Under the pieces are notes generated by a model. It had not been told where the DNA came from. It ran no database searches and saw nothing but the letters and a program-made list of their open reading frames with translations. From contig OX597815.1 in NCBI GenBank assembly GCA_951406725.2, positions 208,568,001 through 208,632,000 of the forward strand: 64,000 nucleotides of DNA. The letters run 5' to 3'. A program made the translations under genes and the position numbers. Shown here piece after piece: positions 40,393 to 54,541 of the stretch (positions are counted from its first letter, which is position 1; every line of letters begins with the position of its first letter). The stretch comes from Octopus vulgaris. Lineage: Eukaryota.

Positions 40393-40609
40393 CTCTTTTT
40401 ACTCTTTTACTTGTTTCAGTCATTTGACTGCGGCCATGCTGGAGCACTGCCTTTTAGTCGAGCAAATCGACCCCGGGACTTATTCTTTGTAAGCCCAGTA
40501 CTTATTCTATCGATCTCTTTTGCCGAACCGCTAAGTGACGGGGACGTAAACACACCAGCATCAGTTGTCAAGCAATGCTAGGGGGACAAACACAAACACA
40601 CAAACATAT

Positions 40610-40657
<48 letters not shown>

Positions 40658-40822
40658 GACAGGCTTCTTTCAGTTTCCGTCTACCAAATCCACTCACAAG
40701 GACATTGGTCGGCCCGGGGCTATAGCAGAAGACACTTGCCCAAGATGCCACGCAGTTGGACTGAACCCGGAACCATGTGGTTGGTTAGCAAGCTACTTAC
40801 CACACAGCCACCCCTGCGCCTT
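40393..40822 (-). mobile_element. Full-length family-A SINE with a 15-bp TSD
   Basis: tgtcaataatggata at 40378-40392 and 40823-40837. Confidence 0.92.
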
Positions 40823-42264
40823 TGTCAATAATGGATATACAAATAATTTAAATAATTTAGTAGGCTTAACTATGGTAGCAATACAGAAAAACAAATTCAA
40901 AACCAAAAGTTATAGCAACCAAAGCACTTGCTAAGAACACACTAATTATGCACAGCGTATTATTAGATGCACTGAATGCCCCCTGTTTATTGAGGGCGAT
41001 GAAGTTGTTATGAAAACAACTCATGAAAAAGAGCACTGTGTTTTCGTGAAATCCAATCATTATCGAGCATTAATAATATATTAGCAAAGCTTTGAAATTA
41101 ATGATCACATCATCAACAATGACTCTTGTGTCTGAACAGAGTTCTGGAAGTCTCCACATGCCTATGTGCCTGTTGGGAAAAAAAAAGCAGGCTAGATGGT
41201 CATTGCTTACTTGTTTCAGTCATTTTGACTGTGGCCATGCTGCAGCACTGCCTTTTAGTCAAGCAAATTGACCCCCAGGCTTTGTAAGCCTAGTACTTAT
41301 TCTGTCGGTTTCTTTTGCTGAACCACTAAGTTACTGGGACGTAAACACCAGCATCGGTTGTCAAGCGATGTTGGGAGGACAAACACACACACACATATAT
41401 ATGATGGGCTTCTTTCAGTTTCTGTCTACCAAATCTACTCACAAGGTTTTGGTCGGCCTGAGGCTATAGTAGAAGACACTTGGCCAAGTTGCCACGCAGT
41501 AGGACTGAACCCGGAACCATGTAGCTGGTAAGCAAGCTACTTACCACTGAAACAAGTAAAAGAGAATAAGTGCCAATTTAGAATAAAAAAAGTATTGGGC
41601 TCAATTTGTTGGAGTAAAATTTCTTCAAGATTTGCTCCAGCATGGCAGCCATCTAATGACAGAAACAAGTGAAAAGATAAAAGATATCCTGGGTTTTGCA
41701 ATTATAGACACACTGTCTGAAATAAAGACGGGGTGGTCACTTTTGGAAATCTTTGGAGCCTGAGGGCTGATTTGTCAGCTAAATAACAACTTTGAATAAT
41801 TTAGTCTACAAATTCAAATAAAAACATTCAAAGATTTATCTTCACGATGCTGTTTCATGGGACTTTGTTTTTTTAATAGAAAACAAAATTGAGCCAAGGG
41901 AAATAACTCAAATTAGCCCATGGCATAGATTGAGATGAACCAGTTGTGTATGAATGTACTGAATCACATGTGCCAAAAGTTCATAATGAATTAAAATTTT
42001 CTCCTTAATTGGAGGAGAAAAAACAAATCTACCAAAACTTAATTGCATTCATTAGTGACTCACAGAATAGAGGAACTAATTTCAATCAACTGAAAATTAA
42101 TTAAATTAGTTTGATCTTTGTTAGTGGGGATAATAACAGGAAAAGATGTTTTTCAATCTTATTGAATCTCATCAATGAATATCGTGTACTTTTGTCTTTT
42201 ACTTGTTTCGGTCATTGGACCCTGGCCATGCTGAGGCACCACATTGAAGGTATTTTTAAAATTG

Positions 42265-43416
42265 AGGCAGCAAGCTGGCAGAAACGTTAGCACGCTGGGC
42301 AAATAGCTTAGAAGTATTTCGTCTGCCGTTACGTTCTGAGTTCAAATTCCGCCAAGGTCAACTTTGCCTTTCATCCTTTCGCGGTCGATTAAATAAGTAC
42401 CAGTTATGTACTGGGGTCGATATAATTGACTTAATCCGTTTGTCTGTCCTTGTTTGTCCTCTCTGTGTTTAGCTCCTTGTGGGTAGTAAAGAAATAGGTA
42501 TTTCGTCTGCCGCTATGTTCTGAGTTCAAATTCTGCCAAGGTCAACTTTGCCTTTCATCCTTCCGGGGTTGATTAAATAAGTACCAGTTACACACTGGGG
42601 TCGATATAATTGACTTAATCCGTTTGTTTGTCCATGTTTGTCCTCTCTGTGTTTAGCCCCTTGTGGGTAGTAAAGAAATTGGTATTTCGTCTGCCGCTAT
42701 GTTCTGAGTTCAAATTCTGCCAAGGTCAACTTTGCCTTTCATCCTTCCGGGGTTGATTAAATAAGTACCAGTTACACACTGGGGTCGATATAATTGACTT
42801 AATCCGTTTGTTTGTCCTTGTTTGTCCTCTCTGTGTTTAGCCCCTTGTGGGTAGTAAAGAAATAGGTATTTCGTCTGCCGCTATGTTCTGAGTTCAAATT
42901 CTGCCAAGGTCAACTTTGCCTTTCATCCTTCCGGGGTTGATTAAATAAGTACCAGTTACACACTGGGGTCGATATAATTGACTTAATCCGTTTGTTTGTC
43001 CTTGTTTGTCCTCTCTGTGTTTAGCCCCTTGTGGGTAGTAAAGAAATAGGTATTTCGTCTGCCGCTATGTTCTGAGTTCAAATTCTGCCAAGGTCAACTT
43101 TGCCTTTCATCCTTCCGGGGTTGATTAAATAAGTACCAGTTACACACTGGGGTCGATATAATTGACTTAATCCGTTTGTTTGTCCTTGTTTGTCCTCTCT
43201 GTGTTTAGCCCCTTGTGGGTAGTAAAGAAATAGGTATTTCGTCTGCCGCTATGTTCTGAGTTCAAATTCTGCCAAGGTCAACTTTGCCTTTCATCCTTCC
43301 GGGGTTGATTAAATAAGTACCAGTTACACACTGGGGTCGATATAATTGACTTAATCCGTTTGTCTGTCCTTGTTTGTCCCCTCTATGTTTAGCCCCTTGT
43401 GGGTAGTAAAGAAATA
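42265..43416 (+). repeat. Family-C SINE with six tandem 184-bp body units
   Basis: Unit starts at 42313, 42497, 42681, 42865, 43049 and 43233; a single SINE head; flanking aggtattttt..aaattgag is duplicated. Confidence 0.95.
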
Positions 43417-46039
43417 GGTATTTTTTTTAAATTGAGCTGATTGACACCAGCACTTATTTTCAAGTCTGGCACTTATCCTATCAGCCTGTTTTTGCCAAAC
43501 CTACGGAGTTATAGAGATGTAAACAAACCAGCACCTGTTTTCAAGCAGTGGCAAGGACAAACACAGGTGTACACACACACACACACACACAAAATGGGTT
43601 TCCTTACAATTTCCAACTGCTAAATTCACTTCCAAGGCATTAATCAGACTGAGGCTTTAGTGAGACCGATTTGCAGAGTACCTCTGAGACATTAGACTCA
43701 GCAATGACACTCTGGTCTTGCACCATTTCTGCTCTACTGGTTATTGGGAGACACAAGCTCACGATGCCACACAGTGGAACTGGACCTGAAACCATTTGAT
43801 TTGGAAGTAAACTTCTTCAACACAGCCATTTATTTTATCAATTATCAAATGATCAACAAGAGTGGCTGTGTGGTAAGTAGCTTGTTTACCAACCACATGG
43901 TTCCAGGTTCAGTCCCACTGCGTGGCACCTTGAGTAAGTGTCTTCTACTATAGCCTCGGGCCGACCAAAGCCTTGTGAGTGGATTTGATAGACGGAAACT
44001 GAAAGAAGCCTGTAATATATATGTATATATATGTGTATGTGTTTGTGTGTCTGTTTGTCCCCTTAGCATTGCTTGACAACCGATGCTGGTGTGTTTATGT
44101 CCCCGTTACTTAGCGGTTCGGCAAAAGAGACCGATAGAATAAGTACTAGGCTTACAAAAGAATAAGTCCCGGGGTCGATTTGCTCGACTAAAGGTGGTGC
44201 TCCAGCATGGCCACAGTCAAATGCCTGAAACAAGTAAAAGAGTAAGAATATGAATTTTATTCAACTAATCCTTTTTGTTACAGTTTGCTATAAATGAAGG
44301 GGAAAAAATGGAGACAAACTGTTAATTATTTTAGTTGATGAATTATAGCAGGTAATTAGTGCATTTAATTAGAAATATGGTCTCAAAAATGATAAAGCAC
44401 TGCAGAAGCTTGCTAGTGTTCATTCTTGGTTAGGATAATACAAAACTATGACTTCCCTCAATTGGTTAACTACATACCATTTTTACCAAGGCCTTCTTAA
44501 GAAACCTGTTTCTCTTCTCAAGAATTGGGAGCCAGTGTTCTATGGTCTTTGCAAGCATTACCAGTTTGGTAAGGTTGATAGTGTTGGCGTCAAGTTTGAA
44601 ATTGGGAAAAAATGTGGGGCAAATGAATTCCTGATGGTTGGCATATATGAGGAAAGATTTGGATGGTAAGGTGGTGGATAGACTAGGAGAGAGGAGGTTA
44701 GGATGAGGAGAAGAGGAGAAACAGGTTTCTTGATTGAATCTGGATCAAAACTGGTATGTACCGAGGAAGTGAGAGCTCTGTATGTTCTTGCCGATTAAAG
44801 AAGAATGTACCAGAACAAGTCTTTGCAGTACTTTAACCCTTTTGCTACCAACATAGCTGAGTCCACCTCTGGCTCTGTGAGACGAATTTTCTGTTTTAAC
44901 CCTTTCATTACTGTATTTATTTTGAGATGCTCTGTGTTTCTTTCAATTAATTTTAAATATAACAAAGAATTTAGTAAAATAACTTAGTTATCATTCAGCT
45001 AGTGTTAGGAACATAAATTGTGACTAAGGTTTGGTGGAAGATTTTAATGCTGCAAAACTCATGAAAACAAGATATTTGTACTACAGAGCCAGAGCCGGTT
45101 TTGGCCAGGTTGGTAACGAAAGGGTTAAAGGGATTTGAATTAAAGCTTAACATCAAAATTTCCTGTTAATTTGTTCCAAACTGCAGCTTAATTAATAATG
45201 ACAAATTATATGGAAATATTATTTCAGAAGTTCTTTCGCTCATAAGACAAAGACCTCACATAATAATGATAAAGCAAAAAGGAAAACATTATAAACTCTG
45301 AGTGGTTCCCTCTCCTTAACCCTTTAGTGTTCAGATTATTTTGTCAAGTGTAATGCTTATTTATCTATGTTGATTTAAATAACTCATGCATTATCTTGTA
45401 GCTTTGAGATTTTGACGATGTTATTGTTTATTTTTAGCATGGCATTGTAGGATTAATGTAAGAGGCTGGATCCAGTCAGTTTGACTGTAAAAGAGGTAGA
45501 ATATTTGGGGCCGGATATGGCCGGTTTAAATGCCAAAGGGTTAAAGTTAAACTCCACCCTTCCTTCTGTTTCCTAGTACTCTCTCTTTCCCTCCCTTTTT
45601 TATTCCGAAAACAACCATAGTTGGCAGCACCAACAGTTCTCTGCAAAATTAATTTTACTAAATTCTTCATTATTTTAAAAATTAACTGAAATTAAGACTA
45701 CTATATTAACTAAAGTGTGAACAGCTTAGGGTCCAAAACTCTGCCAAAAAACTCCTTCCTTTGTCTTAAACACACCACAAAAGGAAAGCTGTAGAAATAG
45801 TAACGCCAGAGCATTAGTACTCCATTATGGCCAGAGTCCATAGATTGATACTGGTAAATAAATATATATATATATATATATATGTTTGTGTGTGTGTGTG
45901 TATTCTTTAGCTTTAGGAAAAGCATCCAACCATAATAGAAGCCATGCCAAAGCAGAAAACTGAGCCTGGTGCTGTGTTCAGACTTACCAGTTTCGTGTCG
46001 AACCGCCCGACCCATGCCAGTATAGGAAACAAACAGTAA

Positions 46040-46474
46040 GTAATGTGTGTATACGTATATGTATATATGTGTGTGTGTGTGTATATGTATATATATGTTT
46101 GTGTGTGTGTGTGTATATGTATATATATGTTTGTGTGTGTGTGTATATGTATATATATGTTTGTGTGTGTGCATGTATGTGTATATATATATGTGTGTGT
46201 GTGTGTGTATGTGTATGTATATATATATATATATATATGTTTGTGTATGTATGTATATATATATGTGTGTATATATGTGTGTGTGTATATATATATATAT
46301 ATGTTTGTGTGTATGTATGTATATATATATATGTGTGTGTGTGTATATATATGTGTGTGTATGTATGTATATATATATGTGTGTGTGTGTATATATATGT
46401 GTGTGTATATATATATGTATATGTATGTATATATATGTGTGTATGCATGTGTGTGTGTATGTATATAAATAAAA

Positions 46475-46510
<36 letters not shown>
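46040..46510. repeat. Compound (TG)n/(TA)n microsatellite; similar tracts at 47940-48230, 51650-51790 and 52125-52360
   Basis: Directly visible. Confidence 0.97.
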
Positions 46511-46511
<1 letters not shown>

Positions 46512-46785
46512 AACACCCTCACATGCACACGCATTCAGTTATGTTTATAGAAAGAAGGAAATGTATTGATATCCTATTAATCTCAGAAAACCTGACAGTT
46601 TCCTAATTGAAATAATAATTGAAGTTTTGACATATAAGTTTTAATCTTTTTCCTTTTAATGGAAAAAATATTTTTTACGTTTCTTCTAAATGAAGAAGAA
46701 ACTTTCAAAATGGCTCTGACTTATGTCCATGTTACAGCATCACCTGACTGTTTGTCATTTCCTTCAGCATTCTTTGATTTAGCTA

Positions 46786-47587
46786 AGGCGGTGAGCTGGC
46801 AGAAACGTTAGTACGCTGGGCGAAATGCATAGCGGTATTTCCTCTGCCGTTACGTTCTGAGTTCAAATTCCGCCGAGGTCGACTTTGCCTTTCATCCTTT
46901 CGGGGTCGATAAATTAAGTACCAGTTACGCACTGGGGTCGATATATTCGACTTAATCCGTTTGTCTGCCCTTGTTTGTCCTCTCTGTGTTTAGCCCCTCG
47001 TGGGTAGTAAAGAAATAGGTATGTTGCCTGCTGTTACGTTCTGGGTTTAAATTCCGCTGAGGTCGACTTTGCCTTTCATCCTTTCGGGGTCGATAAATTA
47101 AGTACCAGTTATGCACTGGGGTCGATGTAATCAACTTAATCCGTTTGTCTGCCCTTGTTTGTCCTCTGTGTTTAGCCCCTTGTAGGTAGTAAAAAAATAG
47201 GTATTTCGCCTGCTGTTACGTTCTGTGTTCAAATTCTGCCGAGGTCGACTTTGCCTTTCATCATTTCAGGGTCAATAAATTAAGTACCAGTTACGCACTG
47301 GGGTCGATATAATCAACTTAATCCCTTTGCCTGTCCTTGTTTGTCCCCTCTATGTTTAGCCCCTTGTGGGCAATAAAGAAATAAGAAATGTTAGCACACT
47401 GGGCGAAATGCTTAGCTGTATTTTGTCTGTCTTTACATTCTGAGTTCAAATTCTGCCGAGGTCAACTTTGCCTTTCATCCTTTCGGGGCTAATAAATTAA
47501 GCACCAGTTGTGTATTGGTGTCAATCTAATTGACTGACCCCCACCTCCCAAAAATTTCGGGCCTTGTGCCTAGAGTAGAAAAGATTC
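46786..47587 (+). repeat. Second tandem family-C SINE array (three ~184-bp units plus a fourth unit with a partial head and a different 3' end)
   Basis: Units begin near 46833, 47017, 47199 and 47382, with the same aagaaataggtat junction as the 42-43 kb array. Confidence 0.9.
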
Positions 47588-49601
47588 TTTCATTTAGCTA
47601 TTTACCAATAGTGGTTGGCGCTTGTTGCTGTTTTGGTTCCATTTCTACTTCAATGGAGCAGACTTATCTTTTAGTCAAACTAATCAACACCAGTACCTCT
47701 TTTCTTGTTAAGTTTGGTATTTAGTCTTTATATGTATGTATATATATATATCTCATCATCATCTTCGTTCAGCGTCCGCTTTCCATGCTAGCATGGGTTG
47801 GACGGTTCAACTGGGGTCTGGGAAGCCCGAAGGCTGTACCAGGCCAGTCAGATCTGGCAGTTTTTCTACGGCTGGATGCCCTTCCTAACGCCAACCACTC
47901 TGTGAGTGTAGTGGGTGCTTTTTATGTACCACTGGCACATGTATGTATATTTGTATATATATGTATATATGTATGTGTATAGATATATATATATATATGT
48001 ATGTATATATGTATGTGTATATATATATATATGTATGTATATATGTATGTGTATATATATATATATATGTATGTATATATGTATGTGTATATATATGTAT
48101 GTGTATATATATATGTGTATATATATATATGTATGTATATATGTATGTGTATATATAAATATATGTATGTGTGTATATATATATATGTATATATCTATCT
48201 ATATATATATGCATGTATCTATGTATATATGCCGAAATCAGATCGCCATGTTGATTCGCTAGCTTCTGCACGCATTTTTTTTCTCTCCTTCTTTCTGTGT
48301 TTTTTTGCTCTGTGTATCTTTCAGTTGAAGAGCGTAGGCTCGAAACGTTAAAGACTTGTTTCATTTATATTTCCTGAGCGCCATACTAATACAATTGTTT
48401 GTTTGTATTCCACCTGCCTTCGTCTTTTGTTTATTTCCGTAAACCTGCCTTCGTCTTTTGTCTATTTTCATAAAGCTTCCCGGTATGTATACATATATAT
48501 GCATATATATACGCATGTATGTATGTATGTATGTATATATATATATATACACATGTATTCATATGTGTGTGTGTGTGTATATATATGTGTGTGTGTGTGT
48601 GTCTGTGTTTGTCCCCACCACTTGTGTTTATGTTCCTGGTGTATTTATGATCCTGTAACTTAGCCGTGAAGCAAAAGAGACCTATAGAATGAATACTAGG
48701 TTTACAACGAATAAATCCTGGGGTCACTCTCTTCAGCCAAAACCCTTTTAGGCAGTGCTCCAGCATGGCCACAATCAAATGACTGAAACAAGTCAAAGAG
48801 TAAATGAACAATGTGAATAAATTAGCAATATGTCTCACAGAGTGATCTGAATGCTAAATGGTTAAAGTCCTAACTAGGACAATATGTGTAAAAAAAGATA
48901 TTCTGTTTGTAATTGTCGCCTAGGTAAGGATACAGTATGATTAGATCTGATAGATTTATTTTGAAGGTGTTTATTCTTCCGTTATTTATACCTGTTACCT
49001 TTAAGGTATTTTTGCATTTCTACTGTTTGCTCCTGTGAATAAACAGGGTCATGTGATGAACGGGTTCGGAGTGGGGAATGAGATTGAAAATAGCCAGCTC
49101 ATTACAAGATTTAATTGAAGGATTCCACCAGTGGACTTAATTTTCTGAGTAAACATGTCTTAATCTTTTAGTTTTTTTTTTTGTTTTTTTTTTCTGGTGA
49201 AGAAAGAAGCTAAACAGAACAGTAAATAAATATATAAATAAATAGAAAAACGGTTGAAAAAAAAAAAAAAACAAAACAAAGAAATATGATTTCTATTGAT
49301 ATTGAAGTTTTAAATTAAACTTTCCTCAGGTACTTTCTTGAAATCATACTTTTATTTAGACAACAGTAGTTTGTATAAGATTGAATTGTATGTATTGTCT
49401 TGGTTTGTTTTATTTATTTATTTGTTTCTTTTTTTTTTTTCCGTCTTTCTGGTTCATTCCATATTCGAAAATATTTTCACTATCAAAATTATTTTAAATG
49501 CAAACTACACAGAATGTTTGTAAAGATATTTTAGAAAATAATGGTGTATAGAAATGTTCCTTTCAAACATTTCCTGTGATATATAATCTAAATATATATA
49601 A

Positions 49602-49657
<56 letters not shown>

Positions 49658-51674
49658 TACATTATATATATATATATATATACACATGTATGCATGTATA
49701 TGTATGTCATCATCATCATCATTGTTTAATGTCCTCCTTCCATGGGTTGACATGGGTTGAATGGTTTGACTGGAGTTGGCCAGGTAGGAGCCTGCACAAT
49801 GCTTCTGTGTCACTTTTGTTGTGGTTTTTTACGGCTGGATGCTCTTCCTAACACCAACCACTCTGTAGAATTGGCTGAGTGCTTATTATGTGCCACTTCC
49901 AAATGCCAACCACTTTACAGCTTGAACTGGCTACTTTTTATGTGGCATTTGCCCTGGCAGAACCACCAAGTAACTTTGCAAAACAAAGAGCTTTGGAGGA
50001 GGTGATGTTGTGTCAGAGGATGAAAGATTAGTGCGTGACAATATTTAAATGCAATGTAATGGGTGATAGTTTTGTTGATAGAGTGGACAGTGTCTGGGCT
50101 GATTTTGTGGTTTCTGACCCCAGCAAGCATAGGACAGAAGTCTGCTTCAAGTTTGCCGAGTACATTTTCAAGTAGTATCCAGCATCTGTCTTTTGTAGTT
50201 GTCCAATTAAAGGTAATATTGGGTCAGCTAGGCTGCATGAAATTCACACATATATGTTCCAATCACTTTAAGAACAGCTCTCTTCTTTTTGGGAGAAAAC
50301 AGGCGCTCTTAGGAGCTAGACATTTATTTCAGCAATTTTCACGTTATTATTTAGAGTACTCTTTTGTATACTCTTTTGAGGGGGGGGGGGGGGCTTAAAA
50401 CCAATGTAATTTAAAAAAAAAAAAATTGCTTTCAAAGAGATACTCTTTTACTCGTTTCAGTCATTTAACAGTGGCCATGCTGGAGCACCACCTTTAGTCA
50501 AGCATGTCGACCCCAGGACTTATTCTTTGGAACCCTAGTACTTATTCTATCAGTCTCTTTTGCTGTGATAAGCAGGATGATCTTCCAAAAAATATCAATG
50601 CAAAACCGTAGTTTTACTCTAGTTTTTTCCTAAAAATACATCTTTGGAAAATGGAATGTTTATTTGTTTCTAGGATGGAACTTCATTTCTTTCTTTCACC
50701 CTTGCAGTCAAATTGTCGTTTGGGAGACTGGATTCAAGATGGTTACCCTGCTCACATGATAATAGTCCTGCAGAAAAATATTTTTCCTTTTTTTTAACCT
50801 ATTGGCTTATGGGTACATAATAATGCATAACACAGTTTTATAATTTTTCAGTATTTGCTTCCTTGTGCAGTGAATTGCCCGCCATGTTGGATCGTTAGCC
50901 CCCCTACACGCAGTTTTTTCTCTCTTTGTTGCTTTTCTGTGTATCTTTCTGTCGAAGAGCGTAGGCTTGAAACGTAAAAGACTTGTTTTATTTCTATTCC
51001 TGAGCGCCATATTAATACAATTGTTTGTTTGTACTCCACCTGCTTTCGTCTTTTGTTTATTTTCATAAACCTTCCGTTATATATATATATATATATATAT
51101 ATATTTGGTAAAATAGAAAGATGAATAATCTTGTTGCAGATTAATCAAAAGTTTAACCGATACCTTGGTAGCAAAAATCACAGCAGAAGAAAGCACGGTT
51201 GGAGATAAAACCATTTGGTGTTGCAACCGTGCGTTGGTGAAGAGAAAGCCACAATATGGTATCCTTATTTAATCAGATTTTGGAAAATTGTGGCTTTTGA
51301 AACATGTGTAGAATGCAATAAAAGGAATTCTGTTCAATCTTCGTTCAACTCCATTTCTTCAATTCACTAATAATATATATATATATATATATTATAATAA
51401 TAATAATAATATTAGGGAGTATGGCTTCAAACTTACAGGGAAAAATTAGATTTAGTATTAAATCAAATTTCACAGTATAAAAATATAAAATATGAATTAG
51501 AGATAAAACCACTATTAGGCAACTCAAACAGTGATAGACATCAACCAATACATAAATAACAAATAATATAAATATGATTAATATAATATATAATATTTTT
51601 TTCCAAAAAGTATAAATAGAATGATAAATATAATATAAGTAAATTCATATTTTATATATATTTATATATAATTC

Positions 51675-51760
<86 letters not shown>

Positions 51761-52149
51761 TATAGACACGTGCATATGAGAATTTGTGTATGAGAATAGA
51801 CACGTACATTCACACAGATATATACGCACATACAAAAGTGGGAGACAAAGAGAGGAGAAAAAACTTGTTCCATTTGCTATGAAATCTGCTCCAAGACTTG
51901 CATGATTCTGATGGCTCTGGCTTTTTAAAAAAAATACAGTAAGATGAAAGTTCACAGGTGAATATAAAAGAAAATGATTAGGTGCAAATGTACTAAGACA
52001 TTTGTACAGATACACAGACATACAAGAGGTGGGAGCTAAATCTGCTCAGTATGGAAAGCAGGTCGCTGTGCTCAAATGCATTTGAGCTTAAACTTAATGA
52101 TCTATGTGAGTATATTAGTGCGTGCGTGTATATATATATATTTATATAC

Positions 52150-52275
<126 letters not shown>

Positions 52276-52287
52276 TTATATTTATAT

Positions 52288-52324
<37 letters not shown>

Positions 52325-53532
52325 CACACATACACATATATATATATATTTATATACACATAGGCGCAGGAGTGTCTGTGTGGTAAGTAGCTTGTTTACC
52401 AACCACATGGTTCCGGGTTCAGTCCCACTGTGTGGCACCTTGGGCAAGTGTCTTCTCCTATAGCCTTGGGCCGACCAAAGCCTTGTGAGTGGATTTGGTA
52501 GACGGAAACTGAAAGAAGCCCGTCGTATATGTGTATATATGTGTGTGCGTGTATGTTTGTGTTTGTCCCCCTAGCATTGCTTGACAACCGATGCTGGTGT
52601 GTTTATGTCCCCGTCACTTAGCGGTTCAGCAAAAGAGACCGATAGAATAAGTACTGGGCTTACAAAGAATAAGTCCCGGGGTTGAGTTGCTCGATTAAAG
52701 GCGGTGCTCCAGCATGGCCGCAGTCAAATGACTGAAACAAGTAAAAGAAAAATTAATATATATATATATATTTATATACACATACATATACATATTGCCT
52801 AATTGTGTTTATTTGCATCACTACCTCCATATGGAGGTGCATAGCTCAATGGTTAGAGTGCTGGGCTCTCAATCATGAGTTAGTGAATTCCCTACTTAGA
52901 CCAGGCTGTGTGCTCTGTTCTTGAGCAAGACTATTTCTCTTTGCTGCTCCAGTTGTCTCAGCTGTAGAAATTGATTCCAAGCAATGTCACTGGTGCCAAG
53001 CTGTGTGGAGAGGGGAGACTAGTAAGTGTGGGTGACTGACTTCTATACTGAGCTGATCTAGCTCCTCCCTCTTGCAGGTGCATGTGTATCTGTACAAATG
53101 TTTTAGTACATTTGCACTTTAGTACATATTTAGTACATATTCACGTGTGAACTTTCAACCTTGCCCAGACTTCTGCCACACAGGGTAAATTTCTAGGTGC
53201 CACTACCATGGTCATTCACAATGGAAAGGTTTTCCTTACCTTTTACCTCCATAGATATATATATATATATGTATAATATATCAATAAATAAAACATATGC
53301 ATATATATATACATATATGTACATACCTACCTCTACATGTATATATACACGCATATATGAGTACAGGACACCAAAAAAACGTCGAACACAATGAGAAATG
53401 ACAACATAGACACAAACCCAAGGAACTGGACATTTTTCTTAAACAACAAAAAAATAGAGTACAGGACAAATAACACAAGGAAAAAACCCCTTCTTCAGTC
53501 GCCATGGTTTCATCTACTCTACGTTTCGAAGG

Positions 53533-53566
<34 letters not shown>

Positions 53567-54506
53567 AGAAGTATTGGGGGTGATGTACAGATTTAATATA
53601 TATGAAAGAAAAAAGGTGTTCAGAATGCTGGATGGTTGTAAAAATATATCTTTATTTACATATCACATATTATTACTTCATATTAGCGATTTCAACTGCT
53701 CCTGTAGTTTCATCAGAAATGTCAGTTTAAAAATTTGTGCCAGTATTTATATTATTGGTAAATGAAGTGGGAAGAGAGAGAGAGAGAGTGTGTGTGTATA
53801 TAATGGAGAATAGAGGGAGGGAGAAGGTGAAAGAGAGAGAATATGGGTGTGTGTGTGTTTTAAAACTGTGTATTTTTCTCTTTTTTCTTTTTTTGGGTAT
53901 TTTTGTATTTTTTGGATGACCCTTGTAAGAAATGGAAAGAGAGAAGGAAAAAGAGGGTTTGAGAGGGTTTGTTTTTCAATAGCAGGTGTGTTGCTATGTA
54001 CACCCACATATATCCCTACATATACACCCACATATATCACCTATGTACACCCACATATATCCCTACATATATCTCACATATACATACACATATGGAGGAA
54101 CCTATTGTGTGTATACATTTTTATAAACATTCATACATACATGTGCTGTGTGATCTTGAAAATGAGAAAGAAAGAAAGGGAAAAAAAATAAAATATAAAA
54201 ATAAAAATATAAAGAAAATGTTGAGTCCATTCTTCACTTGGCACTCCCTTGGGTTTCTAAAAGAACAGGTGGTTGACCATTCAATGCTCCATATTACTCT
54301 TTTACTCTTTTACTTGTTTCAGTCATTTGACTGCGGCCATGCTGGAGCACCACCTTTTAGTCAAGCAAATCGACCCCAAGACTTATTCTTTGTAAGCCCA
54401 GTACTTATTCTATCGTTCTCTTTTGCCGAACCGCTAAGTGGCGGGGACGTAGACACACCAGCATCGGTTGTCAAGCAATGCTAGGGGGACAAACACAGAC
54501 ACACAA

Positions 54507-54541
<35 letters not shown>

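Noticed and set aside
42313-43416. Regular array resembling CRISPR or a retrozyme
   Set aside because: No unique spacers (whole 184-bp units repeat), no cas genes, eukaryotic context, and no CUGANGA hammerhead core on either strand of the unit.
53995-54075. ~22-bp tandem tacacccacatatat units; also a ~55-bp duplication at 56175-56280
   Set aside because: Ordinary local slippage repeats with no further structure.
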